DNA of 64,000 nt from Kiritimatiellia bacterium (GTDB lineage Bacteria; Verrucomicrobiota; Kiritimatiellia; UBA8416; JABMPJ01). A program made the translations under genes and the position numbers. The notes under the pieces were generated by a model. It saw only the letters and a list, made by a program, of their open reading frames with translations. It ran no database searches and was not told the DNA's origin. The stretch spans positions 64,955 to 128,954 of the forward strand of contig JADHWE010000001.1 of NCBI GenBank assembly GCA_016783675.1, written 5' to 3'. Each line of letters opens with the position of its first letter. Positions within the stretch are counted from its first letter, which is position 1. Positions 29,497-38,598 of the stretch are shown in pieces.

Positions 29497-30847
29497 AGAC
29501 CAGGTTCTCACACTGGTTGAGCAAGAGAACTGGGAACAGGTCGCTGCGGCGATCTCATCCTGGCATCCGGCCGACATTGCCGACTTGATTGAACAGGCCA
29601 GCGACGAAGTGCACCGCAAGCTCTTCGATCTCGTACGCGAAGACATCAAGCCGGATGTGTTGGCCGAGCTCGAACGTGAAGCCGAGACCGACCTGGTCGA
29701 GTCGATGACCAACTCCGAGCTTTCCGACATCGTCGAGGATATGGCCCCCGATGATGCCGCGGATGTTCTGGGTGACCTCCCTGAAGAACGGACCGAAACC
29801 GTCCTCCAACTCATGGAAGCAGAGGAGTCGGAGGACGTCCGCAAACTGCTCGAATACGAAGAAGACAGCGCGGGCGGCATTATGACGACAGATGTTGTCG
29901 TGATGCGGGAGCAGCAAACCGTGGAGGAAGCCCTCCAGGCCATCGCCTATCTCGACACCAGCGAACGGTTCCACTACGCCAACATCATTGACCGTGCCAA
30001 CCGTCTGATAGGCTACATCGATGTCTGGGAGTTATTGCGCGAGCGCAATCGCGCCCGCAAGCTCGGCGAGCTGGCGCACCGCGATTTCAAGACAGCGGTA
30101 GTGACCATGGACCAGGAAGAAGTCGCGCACCTTATGGGACGCTATGACCTGGCCGTCATACCTGTTGTTGATCAGGCAGGCGTGCTTGTTGGGCGCATTA
30201 CGGCTGACGATGTCATCGACGTCATCGAAGAGGAGGCATCAGAGGATATCTTCAAGATGGCCGGGTCTGACGATGCTGAGTTGGAGGACCGGTCCGTAGT
30301 CAAGAGCTGCATGGTTCGCTTGCCCTGGCTCCTCATAACCCTTCTGGGCAGCGTGGTAACGAGCCTGATCCTCCGGCATTTCCACGCCTACCTGTCGAGC
30401 CTCATCGTCCTGGCTGCATTTGTGCCGGCGGTCCTGGCGATGGGAGGCAATACGGGCATCCAGTCGTCAACACTGGTGGTGCGCAGCCTCGCACTCGGCA
30501 CCGTACGACAGGGGAAGCTCTTCTCCATCCTGGGACGCGAGATCCTGACAGGAGGACTGATGGGGCTGATCTGCGGCACGATTATTGGCATCGTGTCCCG
30601 TTTCATTGTCGGACAACCAGGCACCCTCCCGTTCGCACCCGCGCACGTGGGAGCGGTAGTGGGATTGGCATTATTCTCGGCCATGACCTTCGCCGCGCTG
30701 TTCGGGGCACTGGTCCCGCTGGTCCTGGATCGCTGCCGCATCGACCCGGCAATGGCCAGCGGTCCATTCGTCACGATCACCAACGATATTTCCGCGCTGC
30801 TGATCTACTTCGGCGTCACCATCCTCATGCTGTCGAGGATGGTGTAG
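29474..30847 (+). CDS. mgtE: Magnesium transporter MgtE
   Basis: It has an acidic N-domain, tandem CBS domains, and a C-terminal TM domain with GGNTGIQSSTL and PFVTITNDISALLIYF. The ATG at 29474 overlaps the preceding gene by 23 nt. Confidence 0.9.
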   Translation: MSTELKAEDQVLTLVEQENWEQVAAAISSWHPADIADLIEQASDEVHRKLFDLVREDIKPDVLAELEREAETDLVESMTNSELSDIVEDMAPDDAADVLGDLPEERTETVLQLMEAEESEDVRKLLEYEEDSAGGIMTTDVVVMREQQTVEEALQAIAYLDTSERFHYANIIDRANRLIGYIDVWELLRERNRARKLGELAHRDFKTAVVTMDQEEVAHLMGRYDLAVIPVVDQAGVLVGRITADDVIDVIEEEASEDIFKMAGSDDAELEDRSVVKSCMVRLPWLLITLLGSVVTSLILRHFHAYLSSLIVLAAFVPAVLAMGGNTGIQSSTLVVRSLALGTVRQGKLFSILGREILTGGLMGLICGTIIGIVSRFIVGQPGTLPFAPAHVGAVVGLALFSAMTFAALFGALVPLVLDRCRIDPAMASGPFVTITNDISALLIYFGVTILMLSRMV

Positions 30848-30900
30848 CGATACGCAGAGAAGATGTAACCGAGAAAAGGCAACGCACTACTGTGAGATCG

Positions 30901-30985
30901 CGGCTCGCTCGGAGAGCTCGCCCTACCTCACCCACGACACGTCAATGCCTTCGACAAGGTAGGGCGAGCTGTCCCCAGCGAGCCG
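30901..30985. repeat. Long imperfect palindromic intergenic element, family A, copy 1
   Basis: Left arm cggctcgctcggagagctcgccctacct (30901-30928); right arm aggtagggcgagctgtccccagcgagccg (30957-30985). It lies between the convergent mgtE and parvulin genes. The same arms recur at 32824-32898 with a different loop. Confidence 0.8.
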
Positions 30986-31002
30986 TTTGCTCCCGCAAAA
31001 GC

Positions 31003-32004
31003 CTACGCTTCCGGCAGAGACTTGCCTTTAACAATGATATCGGCGCCTTCGCGCAGTGACTGGATGTACTCCCGGACAACCGTATCCTGCTTGCGCCGTT
31101 TCAGCATGTCCCGGACCTCGTCCTGCGTAGCCGTGCCTTCTGCCTCCTTGGCCGTCACTTGGACAATGTGGTAGCCAAACTGCGTTTCGATCACCGGTCC
31201 CACAGCATCGACTTCCTGACTGAATGCCGCATCCTCAAACGGCTTTGCCATGCGTCCGCGCGTGAAGAAACCGAGGTCGCCGCCCTTCTGTTTAGACGGA
31301 CACCCGCTGTGTTCTCCGGCCAACTTCGCGAAATCGGCCCCATCCACGATCTGCTGGCGAATGTCCTCAAGCTCTTTCTTCTTCGCAGCCTTCGCCGCCT
31401 CATCGTCGCTTGCATCCGTCTTGATCAAGATGTGCCGCGCCTGCACGCGTTCCGGGCGCTTGAGTCGGTCGGTGTTCTCAGTCATGAAAGCCGTGATCTC
31501 ATCATCCGTAACCACGAGGCGATCCTCCAGCTCCTGCTCCAGCAACTTGTTGATCCGCATGCCGTCGGTGATATCCTCGATCAGACCGGCCTCGCCTCTC
31601 GGGTTCCGGGCGACAAGCGTCTCCAGCGACTCTCCCTCCGGCAGGTTGCTCTTGATCTTCTCGATCGCAGCGTCGATCTCATCTTGCGGCGCCGTAATTC
31701 CTTTCCGCTCCACCTCTTCCAGAAGAAGCGTCTTAATCACAAACTGGTCGGCAGCGGCGAAAGCCAGCCGTTTGCGGCTTTCCTCGAGCTGATCTTCCGG
31801 GACGCGACCCCGCATGGCGGCCATCTGAATCTGGACCTGCTTATCGACCTCAGCCTGTGTCAGGGTCTTGCCGTTGACGGATACGACGACGTCACCGGCC
31901 GCGCCGGTGAAAGCGGCCCCCTCTTTCTTCCCGCAACCTGCGGCGATCAGGACTGCCACGAGTGCAACGGATACTACGCGCCATCCAAGACTCCTAAACT
32001 GCAT
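31003..32004 (-). CDS. Parvulin-type peptidyl-prolyl isomerase lipoprotein (PrsA/SurA-like)
   Basis: It has a lipobox in MQFRSLGWRVVSVALVAVLIAAGC and a PpiC domain (ARHILIK ... GGDLGFFTRGRMAKPFEDAAF ... FGYHIVQV). Its start ATG shares 1 nt with the recO stop (TAATG). The longer track ORF up to 32244 overlaps recO and is rejected. Confidence 0.8.
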   Translation of the reverse strand: MQFRSLGWRVVSVALVAVLIAAGCGKKEGAAFTGAAGDVVVSVNGKTLTQAEVDKQVQIQMAAMRGRVPEDQLEESRKRLAFAAADQFVIKTLLLEEVERKGITAPQDEIDAAIEKIKSNLPEGESLETLVARNPRGEAGLIEDITDGMRINKLLEQELEDRLVVTDDEITAFMTENTDRLKRPERVQARHILIKTDASDDEAAKAAKKKELEDIRQQIVDGADFAKLAGEHSGCPSKQKGGDLGFFTRGRMAKPFEDAAFSQEVDAVGPVIETQFGYHIVQVTAKEAEGTATQDEVRDMLKRRKQDTVVREYIQSLREGADIIVKGKSLPEA

Positions 32005-32786
32005 TACTTCACCCCTTCTCTGTACCTGAGGGTCTTGACGGCCACATCCCGACACTCCGGTCGCATTTCCAAGCAATAAGCGAGCATTGTACCTGTTAGG
32101 TCTTTCAAAGCCAATAGCTGTTTCGCATTGAGGACGGTGTTGCGGAGAAGGCCGTCTGCATTTGGATTCGACCATTGGCGCAGCACAGACTGTGTGTCCG
32201 GTCCTACCGGCACCACGTGTTCCGGGACCGGCTGGGGCAGGCAATCCAGGCAGAACGCCCCGCCGTGCGCGGCATCAAAACCAGCCCGTTTCTCGGCCAG
32301 CCTTACGCCACACGTCACACAGCGCTCGATGTGGGGGGCGTATCCGAGCCCCTGCAAGAGGCGCAGTTCAAACCAGTGCATCAGTACCAGGGGGTCCTGC
32401 CCCTCATGACAGAGGGAATCCAGCACCTCGCCAAGGAGGCGATAGACCCCCTCCTGTCCCTCGTGTGTCGGCAGCGTGGCGTGGTAGACCAGGTCGCACA
32501 GATAGGAGGCACAAGCAAACGCCCGCCAGTCCCGTCTCAACCCGGCCCGCAGTTCCAGCGGGGTGCACTCCTTCGCCACATGCAGCCCGTTGCGCGCCCG
32601 TTCATAGAAGAGCAGTTCGCACGTGTAGCCAAGGTCGTACTGCCCCAGGAAAGCGCTCTTTGGGCGAACCGCGCCCTTCACCGTCGTACTGACGCGCCCT
32701 GCATGCTCCGTCATCCACGTGACGACGTGCGAAGTACGCGAGTAGGGCGATACACGGAGTACGATGGCGTTTGTCTTGGCGATCAT
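32004..32786 (-). CDS. recO: DNA repair protein RecO
   Basis: 260 aa. The OB-fold N-terminus NAIVLRVSPYSRTSHVVTWMT and the zinc motif CVTCG ... CLDC are RecO-like. Confidence 0.8.
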   Translation of the reverse strand: MIAKTNAIVLRVSPYSRTSHVVTWMTEHAGRVSTTVKGAVRPKSAFLGQYDLGYTCELLFYERARNGLHVAKECTPLELRAGLRRDWRAFACASYLCDLVYHATLPTHEGQEGVYRLLGEVLDSLCHEGQDPLVLMHWFELRLLQGLGYAPHIERCVTCGVRLAEKRAGFDAAHGGAFCLDCLPQPVPEHVVPVGPDTQSVLRQWSNPNADGLLRNTVLNAKQLLALKDLTGTMLAYCLEMRPECRDVAVKTLRYREGVK

Positions 32787-32823
32787 AGATTGAGGTCACA
32801 GGTCAACGGACATCCAGCACACG

Positions 32824-32898
32824 CGGCTCGCTGGGACAGCTCGCCCTACCTTCCCAAAATCGCCCTGTGCGAGGTAGGGCGAGCTGTCCCTAGCGAGC
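32824..32898. repeat. Long imperfect palindromic intergenic element, family A, copy 2
   Basis: Left arm cggctcgctgggacagctcgccctacct (32824-32851); right arm aggtagggcgagctgtccctagcgagc (32872-32898). This gives about 26 bp of pairing with one bulge. It lies between the beta-helix gene stop and the recO start. Confidence 0.8.
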
Positions 32899-32918
32899 TG
32901 TCACCCTCACTACACGAA

Positions 32919-34307
32919 TCACGGCAGCAACTCAACAGTCAAGCGATAGAACGCGGGTGGGGTTGCATTGGTGTCCACCATACTGTCGGGACCCCCAATG
33001 CCGACACGAGGTCCATCGCCGAGGACATTGCTCCAGGCACCGTCGACCAGGTTGGTGCGGCTGGCCATCGTGTAGAGGCGGTTTGAGGAGGACTTGAAGT
33101 GGATGGTGACAGGCGAGGCGAAGGTTGCGTTTGTGATTCGAAAGTAGTCATTGCTGTTGGCGCCGTCCGTATCGGCGATCATCTCCTCGTAGTCATTGTG
33201 GGGATCACCGTCCGTGTTGCTATTCGTCGGACTCGTTCCGTACACCATCAGTTCGTCGGCATCAACCAGCCCGTCCCCGTCCGGATCGTACCAGCTTCCA
33301 TCGTACTCATAGGCACCCAGGTCGATGACCGCGTTGATGACGCGCGTTGTACCGTCGAGGTCCGCTGTCAACGCGGCCACGTTCGTTCCCCGGTCAATGC
33401 AGGGCGAACTATAGAGCAGCCGGTAATTCTCGGATCCCGTGTTCGTGAACAGCGGGTTCGCGGTCAGATTACTGGTACCGCCCGGATCGGGAGTGGTGCA
33501 GGCATAGTCGAAACTGTGCCCCACACCGGTAATATCGATATTGTCGTTCGCACCGTCCGAGGTGTTGGCCCAGACGATCGTGTTGCTGACCATGCCGCCG
33601 TAAAGGCAACTTATCCCACCGCCATCTTGCGACGCGTGATTCGCGCTGACCGTACAGTTAAGGATCTCTCCGCCATACGAAAAATCCATCCCTCCTCCCT
33701 GCGCCGAGATGTTGTCGACCACAAGGCAGCTCTCAAGCCGGCCACCCTCATCGTACTCCACTCCCCCGCCGAAGAACCTGGCCGAACAGTCGCGGATGAT
33801 GCATCGTCGCAGTATGCCGCCTCCATCAAAGAGGACACCTCCTCCCGCCCAGTCCAGCCACACGCCGCCGCTGATGAACGTATGCCCATCCTCGATGGTA
33901 AACCCTGTCACAGAGGCGCCATCGACAAGATAGAGGCCACGCACTGCGTAGGGACCATTGCCTTCGAGGTCGCCCAGGTCATCGTAATGGCCGACAATAC
34001 GAGTCACCTCCGGGCCGTTCACGCTAACCAGCGATAGATTCGTGGCAATGCAGACCCGGCTGCTCAATCCCTGCCCGGGCGCCACCGCTCCGCCCACGTC
34101 ATAGACGCCGTTGGTCACGAGGATCGTGTATCCCCCTGACGCCGCGTCCACCGCATTCTGTATAACGTGAAATGCGTTCGACCACGCCGTCCCGGGTCCA
34201 TCAAGGACACTATTGGTCGAAACATACAACGTCTGGGCCGCAGCGCTCCATACACTACACCCCATCAACATCACCACAAGCGCAACAGGATGACTGCCAG
34301 ACCTCAT
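32919..34307 (-). CDS. Secreted right-handed parallel beta-helix protein with Asp-rich (thrombospondin-type-3-like) repeats and a small C-terminal beta domain
   Basis: It has a signal peptide MRSGSHPVALVVMLMGCSVWSAAA and repetitive GGG/NxxxN turns typical of pectate-lyase folds. The Asp-rich stretch is DPDGDGLVDADELMVYGTSPTNSNTDGDPHNDYEE, and the C-terminal ~90 aa end in FYRLTVELLP. Confidence 0.6.
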   Translation of the reverse strand: MRSGSHPVALVVMLMGCSVWSAAAQTLYVSTNSVLDGPGTAWSNAFHVIQNAVDAASGGYTILVTNGVYDVGGAVAPGQGLSSRVCIATNLSLVSVNGPEVTRIVGHYDDLGDLEGNGPYAVRGLYLVDGASVTGFTIEDGHTFISGGVWLDWAGGGVLFDGGGILRRCIIRDCSARFFGGGVEYDEGGRLESCLVVDNISAQGGGMDFSYGGEILNCTVSANHASQDGGGISCLYGGMVSNTIVWANTSDGANDNIDITGVGHSFDYACTTPDPGGTSNLTANPLFTNTGSENYRLLYSSPCIDRGTNVAALTADLDGTTRVINAVIDLGAYEYDGSWYDPDGDGLVDADELMVYGTSPTNSNTDGDPHNDYEEMIADTDGANSNDYFRITNATFASPVTIHFKSSSNRLYTMASRTNLVDGAWSNVLGDGPRVGIGGPDSMVDTNATPPAFYRLTVELLP

Positions 34308-34384
34308 CCACCGGACCCCTACGCCAAGCAGCAACACTCTACTCCTGATCCTGCGTCCCAGTACACAACGCATATCAAGCTCCA

Positions 34385-34423
34385 GAAAAAAGTGGCCCCA
34401 CCGGTTTTGCCGGCAGGGCCACT
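34385..34423 (-). terminator. Rho-independent terminator downstream of the PEP-CTERM gene
   Basis: The minus-sense RNA reads AGUGGCCCugCCGGcaaaaCCGGugGGGCCACU followed by UUUUU(C)U. It has an 8+4 bp GC-rich stem, and the U-tract corresponds to the plus-strand A-run at 34386-34390. Confidence 0.6.
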
Positions 34424-34448
34424 GTCTCTTCCTTAGTCTGTTTGTCGG

Positions 34449-35219
34449 TTACTTCCGGAGGAGACCCTTTATCCCCGTACGAAGTTTTCCACGGAACGTC
34501 ACACCCAGCGAAACCAGCGCAAACGCCAGCACGGCATAGGTCCCGGGCTCCGGGTTGTGCAGTTCAAAGTTGTCGATGCCGTACTCTTCGCTGGAGAAGC
34601 CCTGGTAGGTCAACATGATGCCCATCTGAAGGTCACCACCGTTGTCTCCAAGCACTGTCTCGAAGTCGAGATCATCAGTTCCACCCACGTCTTCTTGCGT
34701 CCAGCCAGCACCGCTCCAGCCCCACCAGCCCACGGTTATGCCGGTGTTCCAATCCGGTGCCGTGATCTGATCGATGATGTCTAACCGCCAGTATGTCGAA
34801 CCACTGTGGAAGAAGAATTCCAAGGCCGCAGGCGCGGTATCTCCACCATCGGAAATGTCCGCGTTCGCCCAAAAGTCGAACGTGACATACATCGCCGCCT
34901 CGGCCACGCTGTTAAAGACAACACTATCCAAGTCCGTTCCACTGGTACCAACTCCAGCATCGGTGAAGATTATGTCCGTGAACCCCCCGGCATCGCCTTC
35001 GTCCTCCAGGATCTGCAAGGCAGTCTGCCCGCCCAGCGAGGCGGAAGGCAGAGGCACATTAGCTTCTGGCGCTCCAGTCTCTCCTGGATAGTCTTCAGCA
35101 CCCCAGCCGTCATTTCCCGAGTCAAACGTGTCGATGAAGGTGGCTGCTCCAGCACCACTGGCAAGGACGCACAGTCCCGCCATCAGCACACACAATTTCA
35201 ATATCACTGTACCCTTCAT
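34449..35219 (-). CDS. PEP-CTERM sorting-domain secreted protein
   Basis: It has a signal peptide. The C-terminus PEPGTYAVLAFALVSLGVTFRGKLRTGIKGLLRK (34452-34553) is PEP, a TM helix and a basic tail, which is the exosortase sorting signal. Confidence 0.8.
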   Translation of the reverse strand: MKGTVILKLCVLMAGLCVLASGAGAATFIDTFDSGNDGWGAEDYPGETGAPEANVPLPSASLGGQTALQILEDEGDAGGFTDIIFTDAGVGTSGTDLDSVVFNSVAEAAMYVTFDFWANADISDGGDTAPAALEFFFHSGSTYWRLDIIDQITAPDWNTGITVGWWGWSGAGWTQEDVGGTDDLDFETVLGDNGGDLQMGIMLTYQGFSSEEYGIDNFELHNPEPGTYAVLAFALVSLGVTFRGKLRTGIKGLLRK

Positions 35220-35224
35220 TGTCT

Positions 35225-36238
35225 CTACTCCTCCTCGATTACAGATACGACCCTATAGAAGTACGGGCCGCCATCGGGATCAGCCGACGTGTCAACCCAT
35301 ACACTCATACCGTCCACGACCGCAAGATCAGCCAAAGTCAGGCCATCACCTACAAGCGCGAACCCTTCAGTCAAGCCCGTGCTGCGGAAGACATTGTACG
35401 ACGCCCAGTCCACGGCCGACGCCCACTGAATCTTCACACCATCCTCGAGCAATTCAACGACTTCAGCAACAAAGCGCGAATCTTTATCGTCCGCGTCCGT
35501 TCCTGTCAAGGTCTCATCCAAGTCCGAAACACCGTCGCCATCGGAGTCCGCGCCACCAGCGGCACCGACATCCGCAATACGCGCAGCCCGGAAGCGGGCC
35601 CAGAGCGCCGCACCCAGCGGTGACAGTTCGCCCGGATGCTCGGTCCCGTTCGAATCCACGAGGACAAAGTCTTTGATCATGAACTGCTGCGCATCGCGAT
35701 TGACCTCAGGCGTGATGTATACACCAAGAGCATCCACGTCGTTGAGGGCCTGCTGCCAGGCCAGGCTCAGGTCCGAAGCCCCCTGGGCACAGAACCATTC
35801 GTCGTCTGCCCGGTCAAAACCCACCTCGTTCTGAACCCACACGCCGGGTTCGGACGAGATCGTCACCTTGCCCGTGTACCACGTCTTTGTGCCATGTACC
35901 AGGATCACAGAGAACTGATCAGGCACGTGCCCGTCCGTAGCGATCTTGAATTTCAGGGAGACAATTCCCGCCTCAACGTAGTTTCCCACGAACGCACCAG
36001 AGGCAACGCCAAGGTTGGCTCCTGCCTTGAGTTCGGGGACATTGCGGTAGGTCGTCTTTCGCGAAGCGAAGTCGACGACCGTTTCGCCGTTGGCGCCAGT
36101 GCTGATTTCTGCCCCACTGGTCGCATATAGCTTTGCCAGGCGAGACACCTGTTGCCCGGGCTGTACCGCGGCGAGGGCGATGCCCACGCAAAGAGCAGTC
36201 AGCACGAAGCTCTGTAGTATGATCTTCTTGTAGTTCAT
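35225..36238 (-). CDS. Secreted protein with an Asp-rich Ca-binding-type repeat and a C-terminal beta domain ending FYRVV
   Basis: It has a signal peptide MNYKKIILQSFVLTALCVGIALAA and the stretch GADSDGDGVSDLDETLTGTDADDKDS. The ~95-aa C-terminal module is shared with the beta-helix protein. The gene starts 5 nt upstream of the PEP-CTERM gene. Confidence 0.55.
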   Translation of the reverse strand: MNYKKIILQSFVLTALCVGIALAAVQPGQQVSRLAKLYATSGAEISTGANGETVVDFASRKTTYRNVPELKAGANLGVASGAFVGNYVEAGIVSLKFKIATDGHVPDQFSVILVHGTKTWYTGKVTISSEPGVWVQNEVGFDRADDEWFCAQGASDLSLAWQQALNDVDALGVYITPEVNRDAQQFMIKDFVLVDSNGTEHPGELSPLGAALWARFRAARIADVGAAGGADSDGDGVSDLDETLTGTDADDKDSRFVAEVVELLEDGVKIQWASAVDWASYNVFRSTGLTEGFALVGDGLTLADLAVVDGMSVWVDTSADPDGGPYFYRVVSVIEEE

Positions 36239-36295
36239 AGTGTTTTACCTCGTATTTATCGAATTGTTTTTCATGTCCTATAGTCAGATGTCAGC

Positions 36296-38428
36296 CTATA
36301 GAGCCCATGTCACTTCGCCGGTACTCTTCCGGTAGTATGTGAACGCGGTGATACCGGGGCAGATCTCCTTCTCAATGGTGCTGCCCTTGTACTGCCACAG
36401 CGTATCATTCCATTTGAACTTCGTCGTGCGGTACGTGTCCGGATCGTAGAAGAACAGCTCATCGTCCTGCCCAGCATCCGGGAAGGGCTGCATGGTAGCA
36501 TCGTTGATATCGAAGCAATCTCCCAGGTACGTCGGCACAGCAACGTCCGTGCGCCCCGCCGATGAGGCGCCAAGGGAGTCTGCCGTCACCTCGAAGTCTG
36601 TTACTAACGCCGTGACGTTGCTGTACGGGTAGAATGTCAGCGTGTCAGCCCCAGGCAGACGTGTCAGCAAGAGCGGAGTTCCTTCCGTCAATGTGTCATG
36701 GCCTGCCGCTTCCTTGGTTAGTTTGCCACCAGTCACTGTGTAGATCTTATTCGATACCAGTACCGTATCGTTTTCGGACAGGCCAAGCGCCAAATCGTAG
36801 GCCATCTCAGTCGGTAGGTCGGTACCACCATCGTCGAACAGCTTCATGACGTCATAGTTGTACGGCGGGACCTCGGTGATCTGCGCCTGACCGCCCAGAC
36901 GCTCGAAGATCGCAAGGTTGGTGTAGGCCCCATCCGTCGGTTCGTGCGAATAGGAGACAGCAATGGCGTCCACATACGTCGCAACCGAAGACTCGTTCGT
37001 GATGATGAGCTCCGTAAATGCAGTACTGTTGCTACCGAAGGCCATCGGCGATGCATTAAGCTTCTGCATTGAATTCTCGAGATTACCACTGAACGTATAG
37101 TAGAGATCCCACTGGTCGGCGTTATAGTCCAAGTGCGCCGCCAACCCGACCCAAGTACCGTTCGTGAGGTTGTCATCGGTGAGTTCAGGTGTCGTCTTCG
37201 TCCACTCCTGCCCACTGTAGACGTAGAGCGTATTGCTCACGACACAGATAGCCGCCGCTTCGTCGGATACGGCGTTTGAGGGCACTTCCGGACACGCTAC
37301 TGGCTGTACGTAGACCTGACAGAAGATGTTTGTCGCTGTGCCCGTTATGTTCGACACAACAACGCTGATGCCACCGCCCGCAAGCGAGATGCCTCGGCCG
37401 TCTCCGCTTGCGCCACTCATGGCGCCAATGTACTCGCTGTTCTGAATAGCAACGCCATCCACCAATTCGGTCAGGGCCTGGTAGGGAGCGTCGAGCTCAC
37501 CCACACTACCGAAGGTGAACTGCTCGAAGTAGGGAATGACCCAAGAGGCGTCCGAACCGTCGTTGGGGTCGGTACCATCCTGATACTCCTGAGAGTCAGT
37601 CCGTCCGTCGCCGTCAGTGTCCGTCCCTGGACTGTGGTCGGCCACATCACCGAAATGATGCAACTCCCACGAATCCTCGATCCTGTCGAAGTCCTGATCG
37701 CTGCTGAATTCCACGCCCGATGCCCACGTGTCGGAGCCGGGGTAGTTAGAAGCACTAACAGTAATCATGTCGGCATAGACATCGTCCGACAATGTGAGCC
37801 TGGACAGCTCTGTGTTGCCTGTGTCGTAGAAGTCAATATTCTCTTCAACCAGCAGCCCTTTGATGAACAAGTCCCACGTGTCGTTGGAATAGTTCATGTA
37901 TACAGTCACACGCTGCATGTTCGTCTCGCCGCTGTCATTGTCAGTAAGTGTGGCGTCAGTGAGCACAACCCAATTCGCGGGGGGGGTGTCACCGTCAAGG
38001 ACTACGGGATTGCCATTTGTGTTGAAGAAGAACACAGCCGATGATCCACCGACATCAGCCACTGAGCGGTTCGTCTCCACTCCATCATACAGATTGGGCG
38101 AGATCCACATGTCGACCCAAACGTTTGATGTAGCGGTACCGGTCACCGGCGTACCGTTTGTCGCATCAGCATCCTGCGCAACGTACAACAGGTTTGTACC
38201 GGTGGGGTCTGGTTCAGTGCCAACCCAATCCGCGGCCACGGCCGCCTGCAATTGAGTAACAACGGCCGTGCCAGATTGAGCACCCCATCCGCTGGGAAGC
38301 GATCCCTCAGCGGTACCCTCGAAGCTGTCACTATACTGGGGTACGCCCAACACAGAACCAGTCGAGATGGCGATCGCGATCGCGATCACCCATGCACACA
38401 CTTTACAGTGCGAATACAAGTAAGTCAT
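36296..38428 (-). CDS. Large secreted protein, two jelly-roll/LamG-like halves separated by an Asp-rich repeat
   Basis: The start at 38428 is supported by GGAGG 8 nt upstream. It has a signal-like N-terminus, the central stretch TDTDGDGRTDSQEYQDGTDPNDGSD, and a recurring ...WDL[FY]... strand motif in both halves. Confidence 0.5.
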   Translation of the reverse strand: MTYLYSHCKVCAWVIAIAIAISTGSVLGVPQYSDSFEGTAEGSLPSGWGAQSGTAVVTQLQAAVAADWVGTEPDPTGTNLLYVAQDADATNGTPVTGTATSNVWVDMWISPNLYDGVETNRSVADVGGSSAVFFFNTNGNPVVLDGDTPPANWVVLTDATLTDNDSGETNMQRVTVYMNYSNDTWDLFIKGLLVEENIDFYDTGNTELSRLTLSDDVYADMITVSASNYPGSDTWASGVEFSSDQDFDRIEDSWELHHFGDVADHSPGTDTDGDGRTDSQEYQDGTDPNDGSDASWVIPYFEQFTFGSVGELDAPYQALTELVDGVAIQNSEYIGAMSGASGDGRGISLAGGGISVVVSNITGTATNIFCQVYVQPVACPEVPSNAVSDEAAAICVVSNTLYVYSGQEWTKTTPELTDDNLTNGTWVGLAAHLDYNADQWDLYYTFSGNLENSMQKLNASPMAFGSNSTAFTELIITNESSVATYVDAIAVSYSHEPTDGAYTNLAIFERLGGQAQITEVPPYNYDVMKLFDDGGTDLPTEMAYDLALGLSENDTVLVSNKIYTVTGGKLTKEAAGHDTLTEGTPLLLTRLPGADTLTFYPYSNVTALVTDFEVTADSLGASSAGRTDVAVPTYLGDCFDINDATMQPFPDAGQDDELFFYDPDTYRTTKFKWNDTLWQYKGSTIEKEICPGITAFTYYRKSTGEVTWAL

Positions 38429-38598
38429 AGTTGTAACCTCCAAACAGACTTTTACTATCTGGAACGATTATGGCAGAAAGGGGAGGCGCAGGTCAATGGA
38501 AAAATGGGCGGAATTAGGGAAAATCCCCTAGTGATGCGGCTGACCGGACAAGTAGCTGCAAATCAACGACTAACGCAGTGTAACGACATCATACACCC

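Noticed and set aside
32005-32244. The long form of the parvulin ORF (413 aa), which overlaps recO.
   Set aside because: The extension is Arg/Pro-rich and overlaps the well-supported recO C-terminus. The lipoprotein signal peptide starts at the ATG at 32004.
38444-38598. A small hairpin TAGGG-gatttt-CCCTA with a downstream T-rich run after the MORN gene, considered as a terminator.
   Set aside because: The stem is only 5 bp and AT/GC-mixed, so I could not support it with confidence. The region may equally hold the promoter of the 715-aa gene.
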